Source: a virus
IMG/VR virus record: IMGVR_UViG_3300043419_000731
Coordinates: 32,001 to 96,000 of that record
Reading direction: 5' to 3' (one strand)
DNA: 64,000 bases
Shown: positions 36,781 to 46,171 of the stretch, one piece after another
How positions within the stretch are numbered: position 1 is the first letter of the stretch
Layout of the letters: each line of letters opens with the position of its first letter
The notes under the pieces: generated by a model
What the model was told of the DNA's origin: nothing
Databases searched by the model: none
What the model saw: the letters and a program-made list of their open reading frames with translations, nothing else
Position numbers and translations under genes: made by a program

Positions 36781-37309
36781 TTGCGACTAATATCCCCATA
36801 GGGTATTTAACTAATTCAGCTTTACCTGCGAAGAACTCACGGACAGCCTTCTCAGGCCCTGTGGATAACCCTTCATGGGTATTGCATATTACGTATCCAC
36901 CTTCTACTACTCTTTCCCACATAAATTCTAGGGAGTCTTTTGTAGGCTGATACAGACTGCAGTCTAAATGCAGCAAAGATATATTTACATCTGCTATCTC
37001 AGAAAATCTTTCAGGGAACCAGCCCTTATAAAAAGCAACATTACTAAACTGTGATAAATTTATTTTTGCTATATCTAAATGCGTCTTCCAATTTAGGGTC
37101 TCATATAGATTGTTATCAAACTCACCAAGCTCTGATACACCTTCCCAGGAATCGAATAAGTGTACTGTTGTTCTGCAGTTCTCTGCTAGCTTTCTTGCAG
37201 ATGTTCCTAGGTATGTGCCGCATTCAACAAAGTCGCCTTTGATCAATGCCGCTCTCTTGGCTATCTCATCTATAGTGTCTAGCCATAAAGTAAAATCTGA
37301 ATCCATCAT
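36773..37309 (-). CDS. TylF/MycF-family O-methyltransferase
   Basis: GDFVECGTYLG, FDSWEG, YKGWF, LLHLDCSLYQPT, GGYVI. Confidence 0.85.
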   Translation of the reverse strand: MMDSDFTLWLDTIDEIAKRAALIKGDFVECGTYLGTSARKLAENCRTTVHLFDSWEGVSELGEFDNNLYETLNWKTHLDIAKINLSQFSNVAFYKGWFPERFSEIADVNISLLHLDCSLYQPTKDSLEFMWERVVEGGYVICNTHEGLSTGPEKAVREFFAGKAELVKYPMGILVAIK

Positions 37310-38184
37310 TATTGTTTTATCTTTGCTTTCATTGCATCAATAGCAGGAGTTGCGATATTTGTGTCTTTTCCTTCACGGTGAAGATTATCTCTTTCAATAG
37401 CTTCAGCAATTACGTTTGCAAACTGTGGATTTATCTCTAATGGATTCATCCATTTTCCAAGCGATGCCATAGTCTTGTCACCAATTTGCTCATAGTATTC
37501 TGGGCTCTTGTAGTTATAGAATGTTCCAGGGTTGTCTTCTGCTAATAGAATAAAGTTAGAAAAAGCGTATCTTGTTCCTGTTAGTGTTGGCTTAGTGCCA
37601 TGATCGTATGGATATGCAGCACCATGGAATATTACATCTCCAGGCTTTGTTTCTACTACCAAGCAAGGCTCTAGTAATCTTTCCTGCCAAAGAGGTTCAT
37701 AAACCTCATTGGATGACTTATCTAAATCTGGTTTTACGATACCATCAGGATTAATGTTTGGATAGTAAAGCTCTCCACCAGTATAATCTCCAAGGTATGC
37801 AATCATTCCATACTCTAACTCGCAGCATGTTTGCCAGGTATCAATCTCAACCAATAGGTTACAATTTCCTTTTCCAGGGCTATCTGTATGAATAAACATT
37901 CCTTCATCAGTATTGTCTGTAACCATCAAGCTCATTACTGGGTGCCCTACTAGTTCTGGATAGATAAGTTCTTCCATGAACTCCCAAAGAGGAAATAGTT
38001 CTATCCAAGAAGGACTCATTCTGTTCTCATACCAGTTTCTCATGCTCCAAGAATTAAAATTTGTACCTTTTGTAAAATCTTTTGTTTTATCAATGATAGG
38101 GTCGTATATGTCTTTTGGAATTATATTCTCAAACTTGAATATACGATCTGCAATTTTAATGCATCTGGGATCATCATAAAACAT
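37309..38184 (-). CDS. 2OG-Fe(II) oxygenase (paralog of 38184-39029)
   Basis: HTDSPG...YLGDYTGGELYYP...HGT...RYAFS. Confidence 0.85.
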   Translation of the reverse strand: MFYDDPRCIKIADRIFKFENIIPKDIYDPIIDKTKDFTKGTNFNSWSMRNWYENRMSPSWIELFPLWEFMEELIYPELVGHPVMSLMVTDNTDEGMFIHTDSPGKGNCNLLVEIDTWQTCCELEYGMIAYLGDYTGGELYYPNINPDGIVKPDLDKSSNEVYEPLWQERLLEPCLVVETKPGDVIFHGAAYPYDHGTKPTLTGTRYAFSNFILLAEDNPGTFYNYKSPEYYEQIGDKTMASLGKWMNPLEINPQFANVIAEAIERDNLHREGKDTNIATPAIDAMKAKIKQ

Positions 38185-39029
38185 TACTTGTATTCCTCCC
38201 AGGCTTCCTTCATGATCTCATTTTTTTCCTCTATTACTTCAGCAAACTGAGGGTTTAGCTTAAGAGGTCTGTGCCAGTCATTCAGCTGGTCTAATGTTGG
38301 AGGGTTATACTTTCCAATTTGCTCATACCAGTCAGGGCTCTTGTAGCTATGGAAACTTCCTACGTTAGATGCTGACTCTAGTGCAAAGTTTGAGAAAGCA
38401 TATCTTGTTCCAGATATTACCTTCTTTGTTCCGTGCTCATATGGCACACAGGCTCCGTGCATAACTATATCTCCAGGTTCTGGTGATACTACTAAGCAAG
38501 GCTCTGCTAATATTTCTTCATTAATCTCGTATACAGAGAATTGTCCTTTATCGGTAGGAGGTTTAACTGTTCCGTCTGGATTAATGTGTGGGTAATAAAT
38601 TTCTCCACCTGTAAAGTCTCCAAAATAAGCAATCATTCCATATTCTAGAGAGCAGCAGACTGACCATGTGTCAATTTCATATAGGTCTCCGCTACCTTCT
38701 GGTCCTGGGCTATCTGCATGTACAAACATTCCCTCATCGTGAGGCTGTGAAATCATTAGGTTTGTTAGCGGGTGAATTACGTGGTCTGGATATAGAATCT
38801 CAGACATAAACTTCCATGCTTCAAATGTACTTACAAATGGAGGGCAAAACTTATCCTTGTACCAGCCGTTAGAGCTCCAAATGTTTTCAGGTCCGCCTCT
38901 TTTCCAAGAAGCTACATCTGCATGCACTGCGTCCATAATTTCTTTAGGAATTACATTTTTAAATATAAAAATTCTAGGTGCTAATTGTTCGCATTTAGGA
39001 TGATTTGTAAACACTATTTGGATCTCCAC
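38184..39029 (-). CDS. 2OG-Fe(II) oxygenase (paralog of 37309-38184)
   Basis: HADSPG...YFGDFTGGEIYYP...HGT...RYAFS. Confidence 0.85.
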   Translation of the reverse strand: MEIQIVFTNHPKCEQLAPRIFIFKNVIPKEIMDAVHADVASWKRGGPENIWSSNGWYKDKFCPPFVSTFEAWKFMSEILYPDHVIHPLTNLMISQPHDEGMFVHADSPGPEGSGDLYEIDTWSVCCSLEYGMIAYFGDFTGGEIYYPHINPDGTVKPPTDKGQFSVYEINEEILAEPCLVVSPEPGDIVMHGACVPYEHGTKKVISGTRYAFSNFALESASNVGSFHSYKSPDWYEQIGKYNPPTLDQLNDWHRPLKLNPQFAEVIEEKNEIMKEAWEEYK

Positions 39030-39204
39030 TTCATTATTCTTTTAAAAAAATTTTCAATATTCTTTTCATATTTTCCACCGCTTGTTTCTTCTTGATAGTA
39101 AGCAGATTGGAAGTAAGGGCTTTGCATTATTTTTGAAAAATGGTCTCTACTCATTGTAAGCCTCCAATAATTCTATTAATTAATTATACCATCTAAAAAT
39201 TAGA

Positions 39205-39240
39205 AAACCCCTAATCAGAGGCGGATCCGATTAGGGGTTT
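39205..39240. terminator. Hairpin terminator
   Basis: AAACCCCTAATC / GATTAGGGGTTT. Confidence 0.75.
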
Positions 39241-39314
39241 AAGGACTTTCGCCCTATACAGGGAGTACGAATACTCAACCTGAATACCAATTGTATTATT
39301 ACTTTATGATAAAG

Positions 39315-39953
39315 TCAATGCTTATATACTATTGCTTGTCCAGTAGGAAGCTCTAGAATATTATCTTGTCCAAAGTATTCAATCATTGCTTTTCTTGCTC
39401 CAATAGTTTTATATGAGCCATAGTCATCACAAATTAAAACTCCACCATTATTAAGGAGTGGCCAAAGGTGATTTATAGAATCCCTGGTTGGTTCATAAAG
39501 ATCTGTGTCTATATGTACATACGAATATTTTAGTTGATCTATATTGCTAAATACATTTGGGATCCATCCCTTATATAGCTCAACCTTAAAATTCTCTCTA
39601 TCTAGATGAGATACAATTTTTTGCGCTATTTCCATAGGCATTGCTAGCTTTAGAGTTTTGAAATAATCAGTATCAAATTCTCCAGGTTCAGAAACTCCTT
39701 CAAAAGAATCTATTCCTAGAAAACGCTCTTTGCATAAATCAGCAACAAAAAATATTGACATTCCAGCATATGTTCCACATTCAATAAAGTTGCCAGGGAC
39801 TTTTGATTGCTGCTTTGCCAATTGACGAAGGATATACAGTCTTGCATATAAAGCAATATCAATAGGATTATTCATCCCATTAATTTCATTAAATTTTTGA
39901 TGAAGCTTTACAAACTCAACATCGTCTTCCCATCTAGATAAATACGAATCCAT
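39315..39953 (-). CDS. TylF/MycF-family O-methyltransferase
   Basis: GNFIECGTYAG, DSFEG, YKGWIP, VHIDTDLYEPT, GGVLICDDY. Confidence 0.88.
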   Translation of the reverse strand: MDSYLSRWEDDVEFVKLHQKFNEINGMNNPIDIALYARLYILRQLAKQQSKVPGNFIECGTYAGMSIFFVADLCKERFLGIDSFEGVSEPGEFDTDYFKTLKLAMPMEIAQKIVSHLDRENFKVELYKGWIPNVFSNIDQLKYSYVHIDTDLYEPTRDSINHLWPLLNNGGVLICDDYGSYKTIGARKAMIEYFGQDNILELPTGQAIVYKH

Positions 39954-39955
39954 TA

Positions 39956-40865
39956 TTAGTCTTCTGTACTAATTAATTCCCAGCTAGGGGAATGGGTGAT
40001 CATGTTTCTAATTGAAATACACTCTTCATCATCTTCAGCAGTTACTACTAAAATTGCATTTAGTCCGTTTGGAACCGAAGGAATTGTTTCTACATCTTCT
40101 CCAGCATTCTGCTTGTATAGCTCAACGTGCTTTTCATAATTTGGCTTATATGTGTATCTAGGCATTGTTTAAGGCTCCTGCCTCTAAAAGTCTTTCATAC
40201 ATATTTATGCACAAAAGTTTAAATGATTCTGTACCCTGCTCAATATGCATTGCTGAATCTTCAGCAGACACACCAGCACTTGAATACATATTTTTCATGT
40301 CTTGAATAACTCCTTCAAGCATTAAATTTAATGCATCTTCTCTACTCATTTGTTTCTCCTGGGGTATATGAAGGCGATGGCCCAAGTAAGTAACCCGCCT
40401 GATGATATTCTACCATTTTAGCAGTATCTTCACTACCTGCTACTTTGTTAGATATCAAAGTTAGTATGTCGTATATTCTGTGTAGCATTATGTAGGAAAC
40501 CATAGGTAGGTTGTCTTCTAAATTTGTTACGTTGTCTTCGTTATTCTGGTCTTCCTGCATCTTCCCACCATTTTTCTCTTCCAGCGGCATCAGTAACCAT
40601 CATAGGCTTTGATTCTTGCCCGCATTGACAATTATTTTTGTTGCATTTATTTGTATTAGTCATTTTTATTAACAGCCTTAACTATTTCGTTGTATGTAGC
40701 AAGTCCAATATTTTTTTTATATTCACATTCAAGACAGTATAAATATATGTTATCTTCTAGATCTTGATTAGAAAAAAGAAGGGATTGGTCTACTGGGCAT
40801 AAAAGCTTTTCAACCAATCCTTCTTCTGACATGGAGATGTAAGTTGATACGTATTGTATCCTCAT
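39956..40865 (-). CDS. Four small hypothetical ORFs (39956-40165, 40158-40349, 40342-40560, 40656-40865 zinc ribbon)
   Basis: ORF track with refined starts; CPVD...CLEC in the last. Confidence 0.55.
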
Positions 40866-40875
40866 CCCATCTCCT

Positions 40876-41424
40876 TTACTTTGTCGGAAATTTTAAATAA
40901 AATTCCTTAGCTCTTGGGGTCATACCCTTCCAAGCTGACCAATCACTGCCGCCATCGGTCATATAGTACGTTATCTCTGCGTTTGTTACTGGGTCGAATA
41001 ACTCCTTGTTACTCTGTAGATCAAATTTCTCAAGTCTTTCTGGACCAAGATTTCCAATCATGTTTATCTGAAACAGTCCGTAAGAACTATCTCCTGTATT
41101 CCTATTCCCGTTATATGCAAGCGGTCTTCCATTAGATTCACGCTTTGCTATTGACCAAGCTTTCTTAAGGCCTAATCCTTCGAATCCTACAGTCTCAAGT
41201 AGTAATACTAGCTCTTCGTCTGTAAGCATCTCAGATGGCTTGTAAATCTCTTTACTAAAACTATCTAAGACTTCTTGCTTTAATTGGGCTTCAGTTTTCA
41301 CTAAAGGCTTTACAGTCAAAGCATTTGCTGGGTTACTAGAAAACAAGAACAGTGTTGTCACTGCTATTATTGTCCAGTCACGAACCAAATCGCTAAACTG
41401 TTGTTTTATATTCTCCATTGGCAT
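40876..41424 (-). CDS. Lysozyme-like / lytic transglycosylase with N-terminal membrane anchor
   Basis: IAKRESNG (catalytic Glu), SYGLFQIN, LFDPVTNA, WSAW. Confidence 0.85.
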   Translation of the reverse strand: MPMENIKQQFSDLVRDWTIIAVTTLFLFSSNPANALTVKPLVKTEAQLKQEVLDSFSKEIYKPSEMLTDEELVLLLETVGFEGLGLKKAWSIAKRESNGRPLAYNGNRNTGDSSYGLFQINMIGNLGPERLEKFDLQSNKELFDPVTNAEITYYMTDGGSDWSAWKGMTPRAKEFYLKFPTK

Positions 41425-41619
41425 TTCCTCCTATAGAGATAACGAACTATAATAATAACATTAGTAAGTAAGTCATGTCAAGCTAGTTAACTAAAATGAT
41501 TCTCACATATTGATACGCTCAAAAAATATTTTAGGCACTAGACCGCTAAAAGAAAGTTTGATACACTTAGAACTTCACACACAAATTACACCGCAAGGCG
41601 GAGAAAAGGTCGTATATAA

Positions 41620-43554
41620 ATGTCTAGAACTATTGAAAACCCTTATGAAAACTTTATTGCTTTATCCAGATATGCAAAATGGGTAGAAGCAGAAGGACGC
41701 AGAGAAACTTGGGGAGAAACAGTAGATAGATACTTTTCTTTTATGACTAATCATTTAAAAGAAAATCATAATTATATTCCAAATGAAAAGCTAGTTGCGG
41801 AATTAAAAGAGTTTGTATTTCAGCGAAATGTCATGCCGTCCATGAGATCCGTAATGACATCTGGAGCAGCACTAGAAAGAGATAATGTTGCTGGATACAA
41901 CTGTTCGTTTGTTCCAGTTGATTCTCCAAGATCATTTGATGAAACTATGTATATCCTTATGTGTGGAACTGGTGTTGGATTTTCTGTTGAGTACAAGTAT
42001 GTTAATAAACTTCCTGCCGTCCCAGAAACACTAGAGAAATCAACTACTGTAATTATTGTAGAAGACTCTAAGCAGGGTTGGGCAAAAGCATATCGTGAGT
42101 TACTCGCTTTGCTTTGGTCTGGACAAATTCCAGCAGTAGATGTTTCTAAGGTAAGACCAGCAGGAGCTAGATTAAAAACTATGGGCGGAAGATCATCTGG
42201 ACCACAACCACTTGTAAATCTTTTTGATTTTACTATTGCAAAGTTTAAGAATGCAGCAGGTAGAAACCTTAAGCCAATTGAAGCTCATGACATCATGTGT
42301 AAGATTGGAGAGGTTGTAGTTGTTGGTGGAGTTCGCAGATCAGCAATGATATCTCTATCAAACATTAACGATATTGAGATGGCTCAAGCAAAAGCAGGCA
42401 ACTGGTGGGAAAATAATCCACAACGTGCACTTTCAAATAACTCTGTGGCTTACTCTCGCAAGCCCGACATGGAGCAGTTTATAGCAGAATGGAAATCTTT
42501 ATATGACTCAAAATCTGGGGAACGTGGAATCTATAACGTCGCAGCAGCGCAGGCGCAAGCAGCTAAATATGGTCGCAGAAGCCCTGAAATCCACTATGGC
42601 ACTAATCCGTGTTCAGAAATTATTCTCCGTCCTTACCAGTTTTGTAATCTTTCAGAAGTCGTACTACGTGAAACGGACACAGTTGAAGATGTTGCAAACA
42701 AAGTACGCCTTGCTACAATTCTTGGAACTTGGCAGTCGACACTAACAGACTTTAAGTATCTTCGTAAAATCTGGAAAGATAATACAGAAGAAGAAAGACT
42801 TCTAGGAGTTTCACTTACTGGACAATTTGGACACAAGTTCTTCTCTGGAAAAGATAATCTTGATGAGCTTGAAGTTGCTCTAAATAAATTACGTGAGCAT
42901 GCAAGAGAAATAAATAAAGAAGAGGCAGGGAAAATTGGGATTCCTGAGTCTGCAGCTATTACATGCGTAAAGCCTTCTGGAACAGTGTCCCAATTGGTCG
43001 GGGTATCTTCAGGAATGCATCCATGGCATTCACAGTATTACATTCGTACAGTTCGTGGCTCAAAGGGAGATCCTATCTCAACATTTTTGAAGGAAGTTGG
43101 AATTCCAGTAGAAGATGACGTTATGAAGCCAAACGATACTTACGTATTCTCATTTCCAATTAAAGCTCCAGAGGGAGCAATCGTTAGAAATGATTTAACA
43201 GCGCTAGACCATCTAAACACTTGGTTAGTCTATCAACGTGCTTGGTGTGAGCACAAGCCTTCAATTACAGTTTCTGTAAAAGAAGATGAGTGGATGGAAG
43301 TTGGATCATGGGTATACAAGCACTTCGATGAGGTATCTGGAATCTCATTTCTTCCGCATTCAGATCATACATACAAGCAGGCTCCATATCAAGAGGCTAC
43401 AAAAGAAGAATACGAAGAGCTTCTTTCAAGAATGCCTAGCAACATTCGCTGGGAAGACTTATCATTTTATGAGACAGAGGATGGAACTTCAACAAATGCT
43501 ACTTTAGCTTGCAGCTCAGACGGAAATTGTGAGCTTGTAGATATTTCAGCATAG
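41620..43554 (+). CDS. nrdJ: Class II (adenosylcobalamin-dependent) ribonucleotide reductase
   Basis: GTNPCSEI (thiyl Cys), FCNLSE, KPSGTVSQL, C-terminal ACSSDGNCE; no adjacent beta subunit. Confidence 0.93.
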   Translation: MSRTIENPYENFIALSRYAKWVEAEGRRETWGETVDRYFSFMTNHLKENHNYIPNEKLVAELKEFVFQRNVMPSMRSVMTSGAALERDNVAGYNCSFVPVDSPRSFDETMYILMCGTGVGFSVEYKYVNKLPAVPETLEKSTTVIIVEDSKQGWAKAYRELLALLWSGQIPAVDVSKVRPAGARLKTMGGRSSGPQPLVNLFDFTIAKFKNAAGRNLKPIEAHDIMCKIGEVVVVGGVRRSAMISLSNINDIEMAQAKAGNWWENNPQRALSNNSVAYSRKPDMEQFIAEWKSLYDSKSGERGIYNVAAAQAQAAKYGRRSPEIHYGTNPCSEIILRPYQFCNLSEVVLRETDTVEDVANKVRLATILGTWQSTLTDFKYLRKIWKDNTEEERLLGVSLTGQFGHKFFSGKDNLDELEVALNKLREHAREINKEEAGKIGIPESAAITCVKPSGTVSQLVGVSSGMHPWHSQYYIRTVRGSKGDPISTFLKEVGIPVEDDVMKPNDTYVFSFPIKAPEGAIVRNDLTALDHLNTWLVYQRAWCEHKPSITVSVKEDEWMEVGSWVYKHFDEVSGISFLPHSDHTYKQAPYQEATKEEYEELLSRMPSNIRWEDLSFYETEDGTSTNATLACSSDGNCELVDISA

Positions 43555-43620
43555 TGGTAGAATTATAGTATTGGGTAAAACCAAAATTCCTGGGCACATT
43601 GCCCACAAGGAGATGACAAT

Positions 43621-43857
43621 ATGGCTAAATTTGCAAAGGCAGATTTAAACAAAGATGGAAAGGTAACCATGCAGGAACAAATTCTTTCGGCATTATCGAG
43701 CTACGGCAGAGCATTCTTATCTGCAGTACTTGCACTTTACATGACAGGCAATACGAATCCAAAGGACCTTCTATTGGGCGGAATCGCAGCTATTGCACCA
43801 GTAGTCCTCAAGGCACTCAATCCAAACGATAAGAGCTTTGGTTTCACTAATAAGTAG
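43621..43857 (+). CDS. Holin-like small membrane protein
   Basis: Two TM segments; N-terminal DLNKDGKV loop; AAGGAG RBS; downstream hairpin 43876-43907. Confidence 0.5.
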   Translation: MAKFAKADLNKDGKVTMQEQILSALSSYGRAFLSAVLALYMTGNTNPKDLLLGGIAAIAPVVLKALNPNDKSFGFTNK

Positions 43858-43929
43858 TTAGCAGTCAATTAGAAATACTCCTGTGCTAAAATTGGTACAG
43901 GAGTATTCCTATTTAGGAGACTATGGCAA

Positions 43930-44277
43930 ATGGCAGGACAAAAGAACTTTGAAGTAGATCAAAACGCAACATTCACCTTTGTGATTGAATATAAAGATGA
44001 TAATGGTGATGCGATTGATCTTACAGGTGCATCTGCAAAGATGCAGGTTCGTGATACAAAGGGTGGAGCAAAATTAGCTGTCACTCTAACATCACCTTCT
44101 GGTGGAATAGTAATTGATCAACCAAATGGTAAATTAACTATTAAAATGACACCAACACAAACTAACAAACTCTTTTATCCTAAATCATCTTATGATGTAA
44201 TGGTTGTCGATTCTAACGGGAACAAAATAAAACTCCTTGAGGGTTTTATGACGCTCAATAGATCGGTAACCATATAA
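43930..44277 (+). CDS. Virion structural protein (Ig/BppU-N-like beta domain)
   Basis: QNATF.F.IEYKD.NG..IDLTGASAKMQVR...LLEG; start of the structural block. Confidence 0.6.
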   Translation: MAGQKNFEVDQNATFTFVIEYKDDNGDAIDLTGASAKMQVRDTKGGAKLAVTLTSPSGGIVIDQPNGKLTIKMTPTQTNKLFYPKSSYDVMVVDSNGNKIKLLEGFMTLNRSVTI

Positions 44278-44717
44278 TGACAGAATCAATAGTCGTAACC
44301 GAAGTAATCAATGATGTAATCATTTCATCCCCAGGTCCGCAAGGTCCTAGGGGTAAAACTATTTTAAGTGGAAGTGGTGCACCTTCAAACAACTTAGGTC
44401 TAGAAGGAGACTTTTATTACGACTCAGTTCTTTCTAAATTTTATGGACCAAAGCCATCTGATACTACTTGGCAAGATGCCAAGGTCATAACTCTTACAGC
44501 AAACACTCTAGCTTATTCATGGGAACTAGCTCAACTAACAGGACCAGTTTCAGGAATATATTCTTTAGCAATAAATCACAATTTGGGATACCATCCAAAT
44601 GTAACAATTAAATCAAGCGCAGGGGATATACTTGAAACAGGTATAGACTATAACAACATAAACACAATTACACTGACTATGGCACAACCATTTTCAGGGA
44701 CAGCATATCTGTCATAA
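44277..44717 (+). CDS. Virion structural/tail-associated protein
   Basis: GPQGPRG, G.GAPS..LG.EGDFY.D, HNLGYHPNVT. Confidence 0.6.
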   Translation: MTESIVVTEVINDVIISSPGPQGPRGKTILSGSGAPSNNLGLEGDFYYDSVLSKFYGPKPSDTTWQDAKVITLTANTLAYSWELAQLTGPVSGIYSLAINHNLGYHPNVTIKSSAGDILETGIDYNNINTITLTMAQPFSGTAYLS

Positions 44718-44729
44718 GGGGGAACAAAA

Positions 44730-45701
44730 ATGTCAAAAAAGTTTTTAGTTAGTATTGATCTCAATAAGAATGAGTTACTCAATGCTAGAATTCAAAATTT
44801 AGGATCAGCACCAACAAATCCAGTATCTGGTCAGGTTTACTACAATACTGGCAATAATATTATGTACTTCTGGAACGGTACAGAGTGGATTTCCACATCT
44901 GGTTCTCTAGAAGTAATTCAAGATGCAATTGGTCAGTATGTTGAAGGTGGAGTAGGTCTTACAAGATCATACAATGACTCTACAGGAACAACAACAATTG
45001 ATTTAGATGACACAGCGGTAAATCCAGGAACATACGGGTCAATTACAAAGGTTCCAACATTTACTGTTGATCAGCAAGGTCGTTTGACTGCCGCTAGCGA
45101 AGATAACCTAGTTATTCCGCTTGACACACAGACAACTGGAGACTATGTAGCAACAATTGTTGGTACAGAAGGTGAAATTACCGTTTCTCCAAATAGTGGA
45201 CATAATGCAGCAGTCACTATTGGATTGCCAGATGACGTCGAGATTACTGGAAACCTCCAGGTAGGCGGAAACTTAAATGTTATTGGAACTGTTAACTCTG
45301 TAAATACAACACAGATTAATATTGAAGATAATAAGGTAAATCTTAATACTAACTTTATAGGAATGCCAACAACAGATGCTGGAATCCGTGTAGAGCGTGG
45401 AGATGAAGCAGATGTTGAGCTTTTGTGGAATGAATCTACAAATACTTGGACATTAACAAATAATGGGTCCAACTATCATTCAATTGCAAGAAAGTATGCA
45501 CAGATACTTTCAGAGACAAGTACATCTCACACAGTAACACATAACCTTGGAACAACAGATGTTACAGTTCAGATATTTGAAGCTGCATCTCCTTATGCAC
45601 AGGTTGAGGCAGATGTTAAGAGAACTTCTGAAGATGTGGTTACTATAGATTTTGCCGTTGCTCCAACAGCAGGGCAATACAAGGTAGTTGTAGTAGGATA
45701 A
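44730..45701 (+). CDS. Tail fibre-like structural protein
   Basis: NARIQNLGSAP, GTYGS.TKVP.FTVDQQGRLT, NTTQINIEDN, HNLGT.DV.VQ. Confidence 0.65.
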   Translation: MSKKFLVSIDLNKNELLNARIQNLGSAPTNPVSGQVYYNTGNNIMYFWNGTEWISTSGSLEVIQDAIGQYVEGGVGLTRSYNDSTGTTTIDLDDTAVNPGTYGSITKVPTFTVDQQGRLTAASEDNLVIPLDTQTTGDYVATIVGTEGEITVSPNSGHNAAVTIGLPDDVEITGNLQVGGNLNVIGTVNSVNTTQINIEDNKVNLNTNFIGMPTTDAGIRVERGDEADVELLWNESTNTWTLTNNGSNYHSIARKYAQILSETSTSHTVTHNLGTTDVTVQIFEAASPYAQVEADVKRTSEDVVTIDFAVAPTAGQYKVVVVG

Positions 45702-45705
45702 ACAA

Positions 45706-46167
45706 ATGTCTCGTCAAATGAAGGTGGCGCTCAACCTATTAACCATACAGGATGATCCAGCCAATGCTCGTGAGGGTGATATTTATTATAACGTTATTAC
45801 CAAAAACTTACGTATATTTAATGGAACAGTTTGGCTAGAACTTACTCCCCCAAGTGATGACCCAACTCCATTTTATGAGCATACACACGCATTTGACGGA
45901 AGCCTACATACAATTAATGTTAGCAACCCAATTCGATTCCAAAATTATAATGAGAATGCTGGTCCAGAAGAAGCATTACCAATAATTGCGGGTATAATAG
46001 GAGGAGGGCCAGAAGATGATTTGATTAATCCAAATTATACTCAGCTCACACTATTTGATGGCGGAAGCCCAGACTCAATACCAGAACCAGAAGAAGACTA
46101 TACATTGCTAGAAGGAGGAGCTTCAGCAGAAGGAGATAATACAATTATTGATTTCGGAGGAGCATAA
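45706..46167 (+). CDS. Virion structural protein
   Basis: GDIYYN...L.IFNG..W; DGG motifs; position in the block. Confidence 0.55.
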   Translation: MSRQMKVALNLLTIQDDPANAREGDIYYNVITKNLRIFNGTVWLELTPPSDDPTPFYEHTHAFDGSLHTINVSNPIRFQNYNENAGPEEALPIIAGIIGGGPEDDLINPNYTQLTLFDGGSPDSIPEPEEDYTLLEGGASAEGDNTIIDFGGA

Positions 46168-46171
46168 ATAA

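Noticed and set aside
36860-36868. Perfect DnaA box
   Set aside because: It lies inside the TylF coding sequence and is unpaired; about one chance hit is expected in 64 kb.
43621-43680. Calcium-binding EF-hand protein
   Set aside because: A single DxNxDG loop without the flanking helix pair; the rest is two TM helices, so it was left as holin-like at low confidence.
44330-44360. Collagen-like fibre
   Set aside because: Only about three Gly-X-Y triplets (GPQGPRGK), too short for a triple helix or to explain the P4H array.
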